Of a DNA stretch of 11,635 nt, positions 1-7,011 are shown piece after piece (within the stretch, counting starts at the first letter, position 1; each line of letters starts with the position of its first letter). This stretch comes from a virus (Duplodnaviria > Heunggongvirae > Uroviricota > Caudoviricetes): the IMG/VR virus record IMGVR_UViG_2639763139_000004; one strand, 5' to 3'. The translations under genes were made by a program, and so were the position numbers. The notes beneath the pieces were generated by a model. That model was not told where the DNA came from. It did no database searches and worked only from the letters and a program-made list of their open reading frames with translations.

Positions 1-52
1 CTTCTGATGCCATTCTATTTCAGGAAGGAGTGTCCGTTAAACTCAGGCTACC

Positions 53-145
53 TCACTGATCCAACCACTGCAAAAACCAGTAGCCGGCACTGCCGGCGGA
101 GGTGCCGTAGGCAATGCCTGTTGATATTTTTTCCATCTGATACAT
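53..145 (-). pseudogene. N-terminal fragment of an S21/EssQ-type pinholin, truncated after the first transmembrane segment
   Basis: Minus-strand ORF ends ...[30 protein letters not shown]. Dual-Met start (ATG at 143-145 and 134-136) and the [22 protein letters not shown] segment match phage 21 S holin from memory. TGA at 53-55; no downstream frame encodes a second TMD. Confidence 0.5.
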
Positions 146-181
146 ATCCCGCCCCCCCGACAGACCTGTGCTATCGGAAAG

Positions 182-212
182 AAAAAAGGCCATCAGCAAA
201 ACTCTGATGGCC
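182..212 (-). terminator. Intrinsic terminator just upstream of the holin start
   Basis: Perfect 9-bp stem GGCCATCAG / CTGATGGCC (188-196, 204-212) with a 7-nt loop; on the minus-strand transcript it is followed by U6 (plus A-run 182-187). Confidence 0.55.
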
Positions 213-322
213 TGAATCACCTTTACCAATATTGTATGAAAAAACACGCACGACTAATTGACAATAATTTTCATTTCCATTAAAAAAGATCGCGCAGCAT
301 TCTTAATTCATGAGGAACTTTA

Positions 323-389
323 CCCGCCAGCAATCTGAGTAGCGAAAGCTGTTCATCCCCAATGTTTTTGCTGGCGGGTCCTTTTTTCT
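323..389 (+). repeat. Perfect 11-bp inverted repeat with 34-nt spacer, followed by a T-run on the plus strand
   Basis: CCCGCCAGCAA at 323-333 and its exact reverse complement TTGCTGGCGGG at 368-378, then TCCTTTTTTCT (379-389). Lies in the ORF-poor spacer between tRNAs and holin. Confidence 0.4.
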
Positions 390-825
390 ACGGTCCTCCT
401 CCCCGGAGGGGGCATTTCATTATTTTTCTAATCGTTACTGGTGAGAAGGCGGAAGAAAAAGCCAGTTCTTCGCCCCTAAATAATAGCATGATTCCAGTCC
501 ATGCAAAATCTGATTTCCAGCTCACACATACCGAGCACGGTACAAAAAACCGCCAACCAAGGCAGTTAAGAGTGTGTTCCCGGGGTTTGCTTAGAATATT
601 TTGTAAGTTGTCCGAAGAGATATTTACAACACCAGAATGATGCATTATCAGTCCCCTGCCAGAGGTTCACTACGTAACCTGACCGACAATGCACCATTCT
701 GGTGCTGAAAAAAGAGCACTGGAACTGCAACAAAACAACATCACAGAACAGGAGATGGTAAGGAGTCAGACATTCCCACACAATATTGTGTCAGTGCAAA
801 TAACAACCTTCGTCTCAAATCTCGC

Positions 826-900
<75 letters not shown>

Positions 901-903
901 ATA

Positions 904-979
<76 letters not shown>

Positions 980-981
980 GC

Positions 982-1058
982 TGGCCCACCACCGAGGACT
1001 CGAACCTCGCACCGTCAACTTAGAAGGTTGATGCTCTATCCGGATGAGCTAGTGGTGG
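982..1058 (-). tRNA. tRNA-Arg (anticodon UCU, reads AGA)
   Basis: Reverse complement CCACCACTAGCTCATCCGGATAGAGCATCAACCTTCTAAGTTGACGGTGCGAGGTTCGAGTCCTCGGTGGTGGGCCA. Perfect acceptor, D, anticodon and T stems; loop CUUCUAA; encoded CCA; unusual C1:G72. Confidence 0.8.
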
Positions 1059-1059
1059 T

Positions 1060-1136
1060 TGGTGGCCCTTGCTGGACTTGAACCAGCGACCTGGCGATTA
1101 TGAGTCGCTCGCTCTGACCAACTGAGCTAAAGGGCC
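1060..1136 (-). tRNA. tRNA with CAU anticodon, probably tRNA-Ile2 (ileX/ileZ-like, AUA decoder) rather than Met
   Basis: Reverse complement GGCCCTTTAGCTCAGTTGGTCAGAGCGAGCGACTCATAATCGCCAGGTCGCTGGTTCAAGTCCAGCAAGGGCCACCA. Anticodon loop CUCAUAA; overall similarity to E. coli ileX from memory. Ile versus Met identity cannot be settled from sequence alone. Confidence 0.8.
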
Positions 1137-1224
1137 GGAGGCAGAATAATAACCATATGTCATCACATCTGCAAACTCATCTGATCACCAGCACGTTTAA
1201 CGTCCTGTGCCGTTTTTCAGGTAT

Positions 1225-1246
1225 AAAAAAAACCGCATAAAGCGGG
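1225..1246 (-). terminator. Weak candidate intrinsic terminator (tR'-like) between Q and the tRNA cluster
   Basis: Minus-strand transcript reads GAGCCCGCUUUAUGCGG followed by U8 (plus A-run 1225-1232); the stem is only 4-5 GC pairs. Confidence 0.35.
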
Positions 1247-1325
1247 CTCTTTCAAATGTCCATGTCTGCTATTCGCCTCGCGGTACAGCTTTGCGATGCG
1301 TACAAGAATTGAAGCAGTTTTTACG

Positions 1326-1880
1326 TCAAAAAGCAATAACTTTTTTCTCTATACCAAAAGCCATAACCATTGGTTTGTGCAAAATAAATTCTGCCACCTT
1401 TAGCCAATGCTCAATGCGTCTTTCACAGGTTCTTAAACTCCATTTCGGGTGTGCATCATTCAGCAGTTCAGCCATTTTGCATTTGGTCATCCCCCGCCCC
1501 TCATACCGTTGCCGAAGGACGCTAATCAATCCTGGATGCTCTGCCAGCACCTCACTTATGACCCGATCAATACATAACGCCTCTGCATCAGTACAATGCG
1601 CCAGCCAGCTCTTTTGCTTACCGTTAATCATATCCCGCAAAAAAGCCTCAAGTTCAGACTTGTTCAGACCTGCTTTTTTCATCCTCCGGAGCGCCTCGTT
1701 AATTGCCGTTTTTGTCAGCTTTTTAGAGGTCAACATCAGGTTAAACATATTCCCCGTCTTACCGCCACCAATATACGACCAGCGCCCCCACATACGTAGT
1801 TTTCCCTGAATCCAGACACTTTCCAGCGTGGTGAGACGAAGGTGTTCTCCGCTTTTTCCTGTATTCGTTGGGTAAATCAT
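1326..1880 (-). CDS. Putative late-gene antitermination protein Q (184 aa)
   Basis: ATG at 1878-1880 with GGAG upstream, overlapping the stop of the preceding gene (ATGA). Last gene before a terminator, the tRNAs and the holin; follows nin-like genes. The upstream ORF extension to 2000 is rejected. Assignment is mostly positional. Confidence 0.55.
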   Translation of the reverse strand: MIYPTNTGKSGEHLRLTTLESVWIQGKLRMWGRWSYIGGGKTGNMFNLMLTSKKLTKTAINEALRRMKKAGLNKSELEAFLRDMINGKQKSWLAHCTDAEALCIDRVISEVLAEHPGLISVLRQRYEGRGMTKCKMAELLNDAHPKWSLRTCERRIEHWLKVAEFILHKPMVMAFGIEKKVIAF

Positions 1881-2167
1881 AAATATCCATCCTTTCTCCA
1901 GATTTCTTGTGTGCGAAAAACACCTTCTGCATGCATCAGGCGTAATTCTTCTTTGGTGTAATCGCTGGTTTTTACCCGCCCGTCGATTAAATCGTGGCAC
2001 GAGCTACAGGCAATCGCTGCCTGCATATCGTGTGGCTTTATCGCTGTTCCGCACGTTCCCGCCAGTCGGTAATGCGCCAGCACAGACGTTTCCGGAGCGT
2101 GATTGCAGTAGCCAGGAATTCTGACGGTGCACATCTGCCCCCGCGCCGCTTTAAGTAAATCCACCAT
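1877..2167 (-). CDS. YbcO-like (DUF1364-type) Cys/His-rich nin-region protein, 96 aa
   Basis: ATG 2165-2167 with GGAG upstream; stop overlaps the next start. Motifs CTVRIPGYCNHAPETSVLAH and CSSCHDLIDGR suggest a metal-binding nuclease-like fold; family from memory. Confidence 0.6.
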   Translation of the reverse strand: MVDLLKAARGQMCTVRIPGYCNHAPETSVLAHYRLAGTCGTAIKPHDMQAAIACSSCHDLIDGRVKTSDYTKEELRLMHAEGVFRTQEIWRKDGYL

Positions 2168-2766
2168 TACGCAAACTCCAGCAGCTGCGCGGCCACATTT
2201 TCGACTTGTTCCGGAGAGGAAAATTTACGGAACAGAATCCAGTTCCACAGCACATTCAGTACAGATTTATAAACCTGCTGAAACTCGGTTTCGTCCATAT
2301 TCGCAAACGCGATAGATTTCGCCCGACACCCACGGCTACCGTCCGGATAAAAATGCTCGGTGTAAAATCCGGCCTGAATGGCTACCCACTCGCGGAAAGC
2401 CTCAAACGACTTTAGCAATGCCGTATCACGGGTTCTGCGTGTCGCAACTGTATTCAGATATTGCTCTGCGGCTTCGCTCAGAGCTGGCGTATGTTCCCGG
2501 CCTACTGATTCACACAGGTAATCAACGAAACCGGACACCAGTTTTCGTTCGCGAGGCGTGATCGCCCCACCGACCGGAGTCCAGTAATCGAAACCCAGTT
2601 GCAGGAGTTTGAAAAAACGCTTGTGGAATGCGTAGTTACGCACACGCTTAAAGTCTGCGTGTATCCACTCACCTATTTTGATTTGATGCAGAAAATCGCA
2701 ACTCTCCGGCGTCGCCGGGAGAAGTAATCCGGAAGAGGTTTGTTTGACCAGTTGTATATGTGCCAT
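2167..2766 (-). CDS. Conserved lambdoid nin-region protein (possibly DUF1367/YbcN-like), 199 aa
   Basis: ATG 2764-2766 preceded by GGAGAAAGCC; TAATG overlap with the downstream gene. Family assignment tentative; the TTG-initiated upstream extension is rejected. Confidence 0.6.
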   Translation of the reverse strand: MAHIQLVKQTSSGLLLPATPESCDFLHQIKIGEWIHADFKRVRNYAFHKRFFKLLQLGFDYWTPVGGAITPRERKLVSGFVDYLCESVGREHTPALSEAAEQYLNTVATRRTRDTALLKSFEAFREWVAIQAGFYTEHFYPDGSRGCRAKSIAFANMDETEFQQVYKSVLNVLWNWILFRKFSSPEQVENVAAQLLEFA

Positions 2767-2804
2767 CGGCTTTCTCCGGTGGCACGGTGTTACACAGCAG
2801 GAGT

Positions 2805-3092
2805 TCAATCCTGCTCAAGATTGTAGATGAGTTTATTCTTCAGCAAAAGCAGAAAACCAGCCTTAAAACCAATCTTTTTCAAAACCCGTAATGATGTGAC
2901 AAATTCGTCCTCACGCAAAATAAAACCGTCCGTCAGAAGTCCATTACAAAAATAAAATAACACAGCACCGCTCTTCCTTTGTTGAGATTGCAAACATCTA
3001 ATGCGGCAATGGCTGACAATCGCTCCATTCTCAACGCGCACAGCATAGAGGCCATTTTCACTAAAAATTTCACGCAATTCTTCGATTTTCAT
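2805..3092 (-). CDS. Hypothetical protein, 95 aa
   Basis: ATG 3090-3092 with GGAAGGA upstream. Sits between hok and the nin-like genes. No family recognised. Confidence 0.45.
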   Translation of the reverse strand: MKIEELREIFSENGLYAVRVENGAIVSHCRIRCLQSQQRKSGAVLFYFCNGLLTDGFILREDEFVTSLRVLKKIGFKAGFLLLLKNKLIYNLEQD

Positions 3093-3172
3093 CTTCAGAA
3101 TCCTTCCAGATAAATAGCTCTCCCCTGTTCGGGGTCCATCCCTCTTCTCCCTGCGCGCTACTTAAGTGAGTC

Positions 3173-3200
3173 GATTCTATCTGCGAAGGTGCGCGAATCA
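3173..3200 (-). promoter_or_regulatory. Candidate sigma70 promoter for the nin-like/Q operon
   Basis: Minus strand TTGATT (3200-3195), 16-nt spacer, TAGAAT (3178-3173). Just downstream of the hok terminator, about 80 nt before the 2805-3092 ORF. Confidence 0.3.
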
Positions 3201-3220
3201 AATTCACCGGAAATAAACAA

Positions 3221-3266
3221 CAAAAAACCCGCCGAAACGCTGAGAGATCACAGCGATGGGCGGGTT
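3221..3266 (-). terminator. Intrinsic terminator at the 3' end of the hok transcript
   Basis: Minus strand AACCCGCC...GGCGGGTT 8-bp stem (3226-3266 region) followed by UUUUUUG (plus A-run 3222-3227). Confidence 0.5.
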
Positions 3267-3341
3267 AAGTGCGGGTGCGTTGAGGATGCCTGACACATCA
3301 GAGGTGGGCGGGGATGGGATCAGCTCCCCACCCGGTCACTC

Positions 3342-3497
3342 TTACTTCCTGGATTCGTAGTCTACGAAGACAGCGACCTCCGTCTGGCCGGTTCGGATTC
3401 GTACCTCACAGAGGTCTTTCCTCGTTACCAGTGCCGTCACTATGACGGTTAAACAGATGACGATCAGGGCGATTAACATCGCCTTTTGCTGCTTCAT
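3342..3497 (-). CDS. hok: Hok/Gef-family type I toxin (51 aa)
   Basis: MKQQKAMLIALIVICLTVIVTALVTRKDLCEVRIRTGQTEVAVFVDYESRK is near-identical in pattern to HokD/RelF from memory. ATG 3495-3497 preceded by AAGGAG. An in-frame upstream extension to 3554 is noted as a possible mok-like coupling reading frame. Confidence 0.85.
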   Translation of the reverse strand: MKQQKAMLIALIVICLTVIVTALVTRKDLCEVRIRTGQTEVAVFVDYESRK

Positions 3498-3668
3498 AGC
3501 CTGCTTCTCCTTGCCTTTCGGCATGTAAGAGGCTAACCTACATGTGCAAAGCATGAAATTGGCCTCAGATTAATGTTAAGCGTCTTGCCGGACGCGTAAT
3601 GTTAACTGGGGCTTTTCTCTATCTGCCTTTTGGTGTTCATGCCTGAAGCAGATAGCCTCAAGCACCCG

Positions 3669-3698
3669 CAGTCATTCTACTTACCTCGCCAATATGAA
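3669..3698 (-). promoter_or_regulatory. Candidate hok mRNA promoter
   Basis: Minus strand TTGATT (3698-3693), 18-nt spacer, TAGAAT (3674-3669). Predicted transcript of about 430 nt ends at the 3221-3266 terminator. Confidence 0.35.
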
Positions 3699-3724
3699 AT
3701 CAATCAGAAAGGTGCCCCATAAAA

Positions 3725-4411
3725 TCACTCCTTCTCTTCTTTACCGTAGTGGAGTTGACCAATTTTGATAAGAGGGCGTCCCTGAGATTTGCGGTGTAGA
3801 TTGGTATCGCGCAGAGAATACACACAGCCACAATATTCCTGCTGATAGAATTTTTCGCGCTTGCTGATTTCAATCATACGGGACGAGCCGCCCTGCTTGC
3901 GCCAGTTATAATCCCAGTACACCATGCCCGGATAATGCGCGACGGCTCGCCGCCCACAGTCGTTAACCTGCTGCATATTTTTCCAGCGTGAAATGCCCAG
4001 TGAACTGCTGATCACACTGAAACCATTTTCAGCGGCGTACAGCGCTGTCCGCTCAAAACGCATGTCAAAACACATGGTGCAACGGATCCCTCGTTCGGGC
4101 TCCCATTCCATTCCTTTGGCTCGTTCAAACCAGTTGTCTGTGTCGTAATCAGCATCAATAAACGGCACGCCGTGTTGTTCAGCAAAGCGAATATTCTCAT
4201 CCTTACGAATTAAATACTCTTTCTGAGGATGAATGTTCGGGTTGTAGAAAAAGATGGTGTAGTCGATTCCCGAGGCCTGAAGCGCCTCCATCACCTCACC
4301 GGAACATGGAGCACAGCAAGAGTGCAGTAGTAGTTTGTTTGCCCCGTTTGGGAGCTCCAATTTGGGCCGTTTGAAATCAGCAACTGTCATAAATATGTTT
4401 ATTGAGGTCAT
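3725..4411 (-). CDS. queH: QueH-like epoxyqueuosine reductase (DUF208), 228 aa
   Basis: [14 protein letters not shown] motif near the N-terminus plus further Cys clusters (CTMC, CGCV). ATG at 4409-4411; alternative ATG at 4388-4390; neither has a strong RBS. Confidence 0.65.
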   Translation of the reverse strand: MTSINIFMTVADFKRPKLELPNGANKLLLHSCCAPCSGEVMEALQASGIDYTIFFYNPNIHPQKEYLIRKDENIRFAEQHGVPFIDADYDTDNWFERAKGMEWEPERGIRCTMCFDMRFERTALYAAENGFSVISSSLGISRWKNMQQVNDCGRRAVAHYPGMVYWDYNWRKQGGSSRMIEISKREKFYQQEYCGCVYSLRDTNLHRKSQGRPLIKIGQLHYGKEEKE

Positions 4412-4558
4412 AAAAATATCAAAGAGTGTAGCATTAGAACGGGGCTATCGGAAACAGATGTGTGACTGCTCCCCGCCCTTTCGGGCGGTCTCCTGATGAT
4501 TTGAGGGTGCAGAAATCCCTCCGGTTAAGGATTAAATTTTTAACAGTGCTAAATTTAA

Positions 4559-4915
4559 TTATTCAGTTCTGGATTTTGTCGCCCTGCGTATCCGCGCTTT
4601 CGCGTTACGCTCAATCTGTATCAGCTTTTCTATATTTCTCCGCCTTTCCTGTTCCTCCTGGCGCAATAGCCTTACATCATCTGCCAGTCTGGTTTCTCTT
4701 TTTGCCACAGAGAGCATCCAGTCAAACGGCTCCACAACCGCACCGCAGATTTTACAGCGGACCTGACGCTCTTTTTCGTCAACCCGTACAGAGGCGTGAT
4801 GGCAATATGGTCTTTCCGATGGCTTATAAAGAAAATTAACCTGATTACGAGGGTCATCCTCTTTTATCGGAAATAAAACGATATTGCTTAACTCATCTTC
4901 TGGTTTTATTTCCAT
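4559..4915 (-). CDS. Hypothetical zinc-ribbon protein with basic coiled-coil tail, 118 aa
   Basis: ATG 4913-4915 preceded by AAAGGAGAGGAGC. Contains CHH...(17 aa)...CKIC. The longer upstream ORF start is rejected. Confidence 0.6.
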   Translation of the reverse strand: MEIKPEDELSNIVLFPIKEDDPRNQVNFLYKPSERPYCHHASVRVDEKERQVRCKICGAVVEPFDWMLSVAKRETRLADDVRLLRQEEQERRRNIEKLIQIERNAKARIRRATKSRTE

Positions 4916-4972
4916 GCTCCTCTCCTTTGATGCGAATGCCAGCGGTAATTGAAGCCTGATAGCTAATTTCAT

Positions 4973-5395
4973 TCACAGTATCGCCTCCTGAAAATTACCC
5001 TGATAGAAAGCCAGTACACGCTGCATAGCTTCGCTCTTCCGGCACTCGCGACAGATTATATTCAGGCGCCTGTCGTAGCGGCGTATTTCTCCGTCAGGTA
5101 ATGACCAGATAAGGTCCGGATCAACAACAACCGGTTTCCTCACCTTTACTCTCGAGAGTTTTTTGCGGGCGCTTTGCCAGTCCTTGCGAGCCTGTTCAGA
5201 CGGGAATAAGCCGTAGCCAGAATTATATACATCACCACTTGCGACCAGTTCTATGCATAAGCGACCGACAGACGCACGACTGATACCTGTTTCATCGGAC
5301 AACTGCCGAATCGTGACCCGACCGTCCTGATGCACGAGTTCCACAATTCGCGTCTTCAGTTCTTCCCGCTGTTCGGGAGTAAAAGGTTTCGCCAT
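4973..5395 (-). CDS. Hypothetical winged-helix DNA-binding protein with C-terminal CxxC, 140 aa
   Basis: ATG 5393-5395 preceded by GGAGG at 5-nt spacing. HTH-like segment TIRQLSDETGISRASVGRL; CRECRK near the C-terminus. No family recognised. Confidence 0.6.
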   Translation of the reverse strand: MAKPFTPEQREELKTRIVELVHQDGRVTIRQLSDETGISRASVGRLCIELVASGDVYNSGYGLFPSEQARKDWQSARKKLSRVKVRKPVVVDPDLIWSLPDGEIRRYDRRLNIICRECRKSEAMQRVLAFYQGNFQEAIL

Positions 5396-5409
5396 AAATC
5401 CTCCTGAAA

Positions 5410-6156
5410 CTACTTAACAACCCTCGAATGGCTAACATTCGGACGCCAGCTCTCCCAGTTAAAATTCACCCAGCGCCCGCCGTTCATGACCATGCGATCC
5501 ATCACCCGCTCGCCGAGCAATGTTTTCATCACCTCATAGTTCAGGTTTGTCAGCATCCCCACGCTGCGCATCGACGCTGTCCGGCGATCAACAATCTGGT
5601 GCAGCACCACCTGCTCGTTTTTCGTCTCGCGCTGAATGCCAATTTCATCAAGAACCAGCAGATCCACTTCGCACAGCTCCCGCAAAAATTTTTCGCCTGA
5701 CTGCCCGTCGTCATAGCTGGCGTGCAGGGCGCTCATAACATCAGCCACGGTAACCACAATCACTGTCTGACCGTCTTTCAGCAGGCGATTCCCGATAGCT
5801 GCCGCTAAGTGATTCTACCCGGTATCAGGTTTTCCGCTGAACGCAAAATTTGTACACCCGGTCATCAGTTCATCGGCGATGGATTTCGCCTGGCTTAACG
5901 CGTATCGCTGGCCGTCGTTCTGCACCTGGTAATTCGCAAACGAGCATTTACGGTGCAACGGCTGGATGCCTGAGCGATTCAGAATTTTTTCCACCCGCAA
6001 CTGGCGATTCAGGCGGTTGATCTCCTCGCTACGTTTCTGGCCTTCAGCAAGTTGCCACTCGCGCCACTCCGCTACCGTTCTGAATGGGGCGGTTACATGT
6101 GGCGGGGTCAGTCGGCGGATGCGTTCCAGAACGCCGCCTGTCGCAATATTTTTCAT
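5410..6156 (-). pseudogene. DnaC-like helicase loader interrupted by an in-frame amber codon at the Walker A lysine
   Basis: Two listed ORFs (5815-6156 and 5410-5763) are in the same frame. Translation reads ...FAFSGKPDTG-TAG-NHLAAAIGNRLL...DLLVLDEIG..., with TAG at 5815-5817 where the P-loop Lys is expected. Walker B is present downstream. Confidence 0.7.
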
Positions 6157-6547
6157 GGTCCGTTACCCCCTGAAGCCTGGCGGGATCGCACTGTCCGGCA
6201 ACGAGACGGTGTTAACCTGTCGGAGCAACGTCTCAGGCCGAACACCTTTCGGCGCGAACAGACCCTGGTATTCATTGGCGATGCTGTGTCGAATCACCTG
6301 CTCAGGTGTAAAACCCTGCTGACGGAATTTTTCCAGTTCCCGTATCGCCCTGCTCCGTTCGAATCGGTTTTCGCAATGCCTGTCTGAACCGGACCCACTC
6401 ATGCCAGAGTGTTTCCGGCAACCAATCGGGCAGCTCAATAGCCTCCGGCTCGAATTTTTTAGACGCTCGTTTTTGGCGAGGGGGATTTAGGGGGAGATCA
6501 GTATTTAGATCTTCCTCTTCCACTGGTAACGCTTTTTGATCCGTTTG

Positions 6548-6567
6548 TGTAACGCTGGCAGCGTTAC
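6548..6567. repeat. Palindrome TGTAACGC-N5-GCGTTAC, copy 1
   Basis: GTAACGCTG-G-CAGCGTTAC is a perfect 19-bp dyad inside the replisome-organizer gene. Confidence 0.6.
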
Positions 6568-6754
6568 CTTTTCGTTTCAGTTCGCGTATTTTTGTTACTC
6601 GCTCGTTTGTAACCGCCCGTTTTTTAGAGCTTTTTCCGTTATGACGTTCAAAGTTAGGTAGAGAAAGCCCACCGTCATTTTCGACCAGCCATCCAACCTG
6701 AATTAACGTATCAGCAAAACCAGACATAAAAGTGATGCGATCTATTGCACTTTT

Positions 6755-6775
6755 TGTAACGCCGCGAGCGTTACA
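6755..6775. repeat. Palindrome TGTAACGC-N5-GCGTTACA, copy 2
   Basis: TGTAACGC cgcga GCGTTACA, perfect 8-bp arms, inside the replisome-organizer gene. Confidence 0.6.
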
Positions 6776-6946
6776 ATCTGCATTACCGTCTATCATTTGT
6801 TGATCCGCCCATGCCCAGAAGCGAATAACCTTCCCTAATGCGGCATCTGGATCAATATTCAGAATCTCAGCAAGCCTGAATATTTCCGGCTTATCCGGCG
6901 TAATAACCTCGAGCTTTATCCAGTTTGAAGCCATTTGTTTTCACCT

Positions 6947-6967
6947 TGTAACGCTCGCAGCGTTACA
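6947..6967. repeat. Palindrome TGTAACGC-N5-GCGTTACA, copy 3
   Basis: TGTAACGC tcgca GCGTTACA, perfect 8-bp arms, 13 bp upstream of the replisome-organizer start codon. Confidence 0.6.
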
Positions 6968-7011
6968 TTTAACTGATACCGAACAAAACAATCCGGCACG
7001 ATTAATTTCAA

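Larger units (their letters stand above)
6163..6934 (-). pseudogene. Replisome-organizer / O-like initiator with an apparent +1 frameshift near 6350
   Basis: Frame A (6302-6934) ends ...ELPDWLPETLWHEWVRFRQALRKPIRTEQ then 15 aa and stop. Frame B (6163-6438) carries the expected DnaT-like C-terminus AIRELEKFRQQGFTPEQVIRHSIANEYQGLFAPKG and ends 6 nt before the DnaC-like start. One extra G in CAGGGCG near 6350 would explain the shift. Confidence 0.5.

Noticed and set aside
7-207. Plus-strand 66-aa ORF at the window start
   Set aside because: Antisense to the recognisable holin fragment and terminator hairpin; Cys/Arg-rich low-complexity translation and no RBS.
362-781. ORFs 362-640 (+), 388-645 (-) and 566-781 (-) in the tRNA-holin spacer
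   Set aside because: Mutually overlapping, no RBS, odd composition (Cys/Trp/His-rich); none resembles Stx subunits or cold-shock proteins. Treated as non-coding.
1207-1809. Plus-strand 200-aa ORF (and 1596-1799)
   Set aside because: Antisense to the Q candidate and spanning the terminator and promoter region; the minus-strand gene has the RBS and operon context.
1881-2000. N-terminal extension of the Q ORF to 2000
   Set aside because: Would overlap the YbcO-like gene by 120 nt; the internal ATG at 1878-1880 has an RBS and a typical ATGA overlap.
1909-2415. Plus-strand ORFs 1909-2124, 2127-2315, 2206-2415
   Set aside because: Antisense to well-supported minus-strand nin-like genes.
3498-3554. 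Annotating the longer 70-aa ORF as the Hok toxin
   Set aside because: The 51-aa product from ATG 3495-3497 has the RBS and matches Hok length; the upstream part is better read as a mok-like coupling frame.
4012-4200. Minus-strand 62-aa ORF inside queH
   Set aside because: Alternative frame nested within the QueH gene.
4462-4857. ORFs 4462-4839 (+) and 4672-4857 (-)
   Set aside because: Overlap the zinc-ribbon gene in other frames or strand; no independent support.
5428-6387. Plus-strand ORFs 5428-5700, 5520-5738, 5966-6322, 6052-6387
   Set aside because: All antisense to the DnaC-like and initiator genes; GC-rich antisense frames often stay open.
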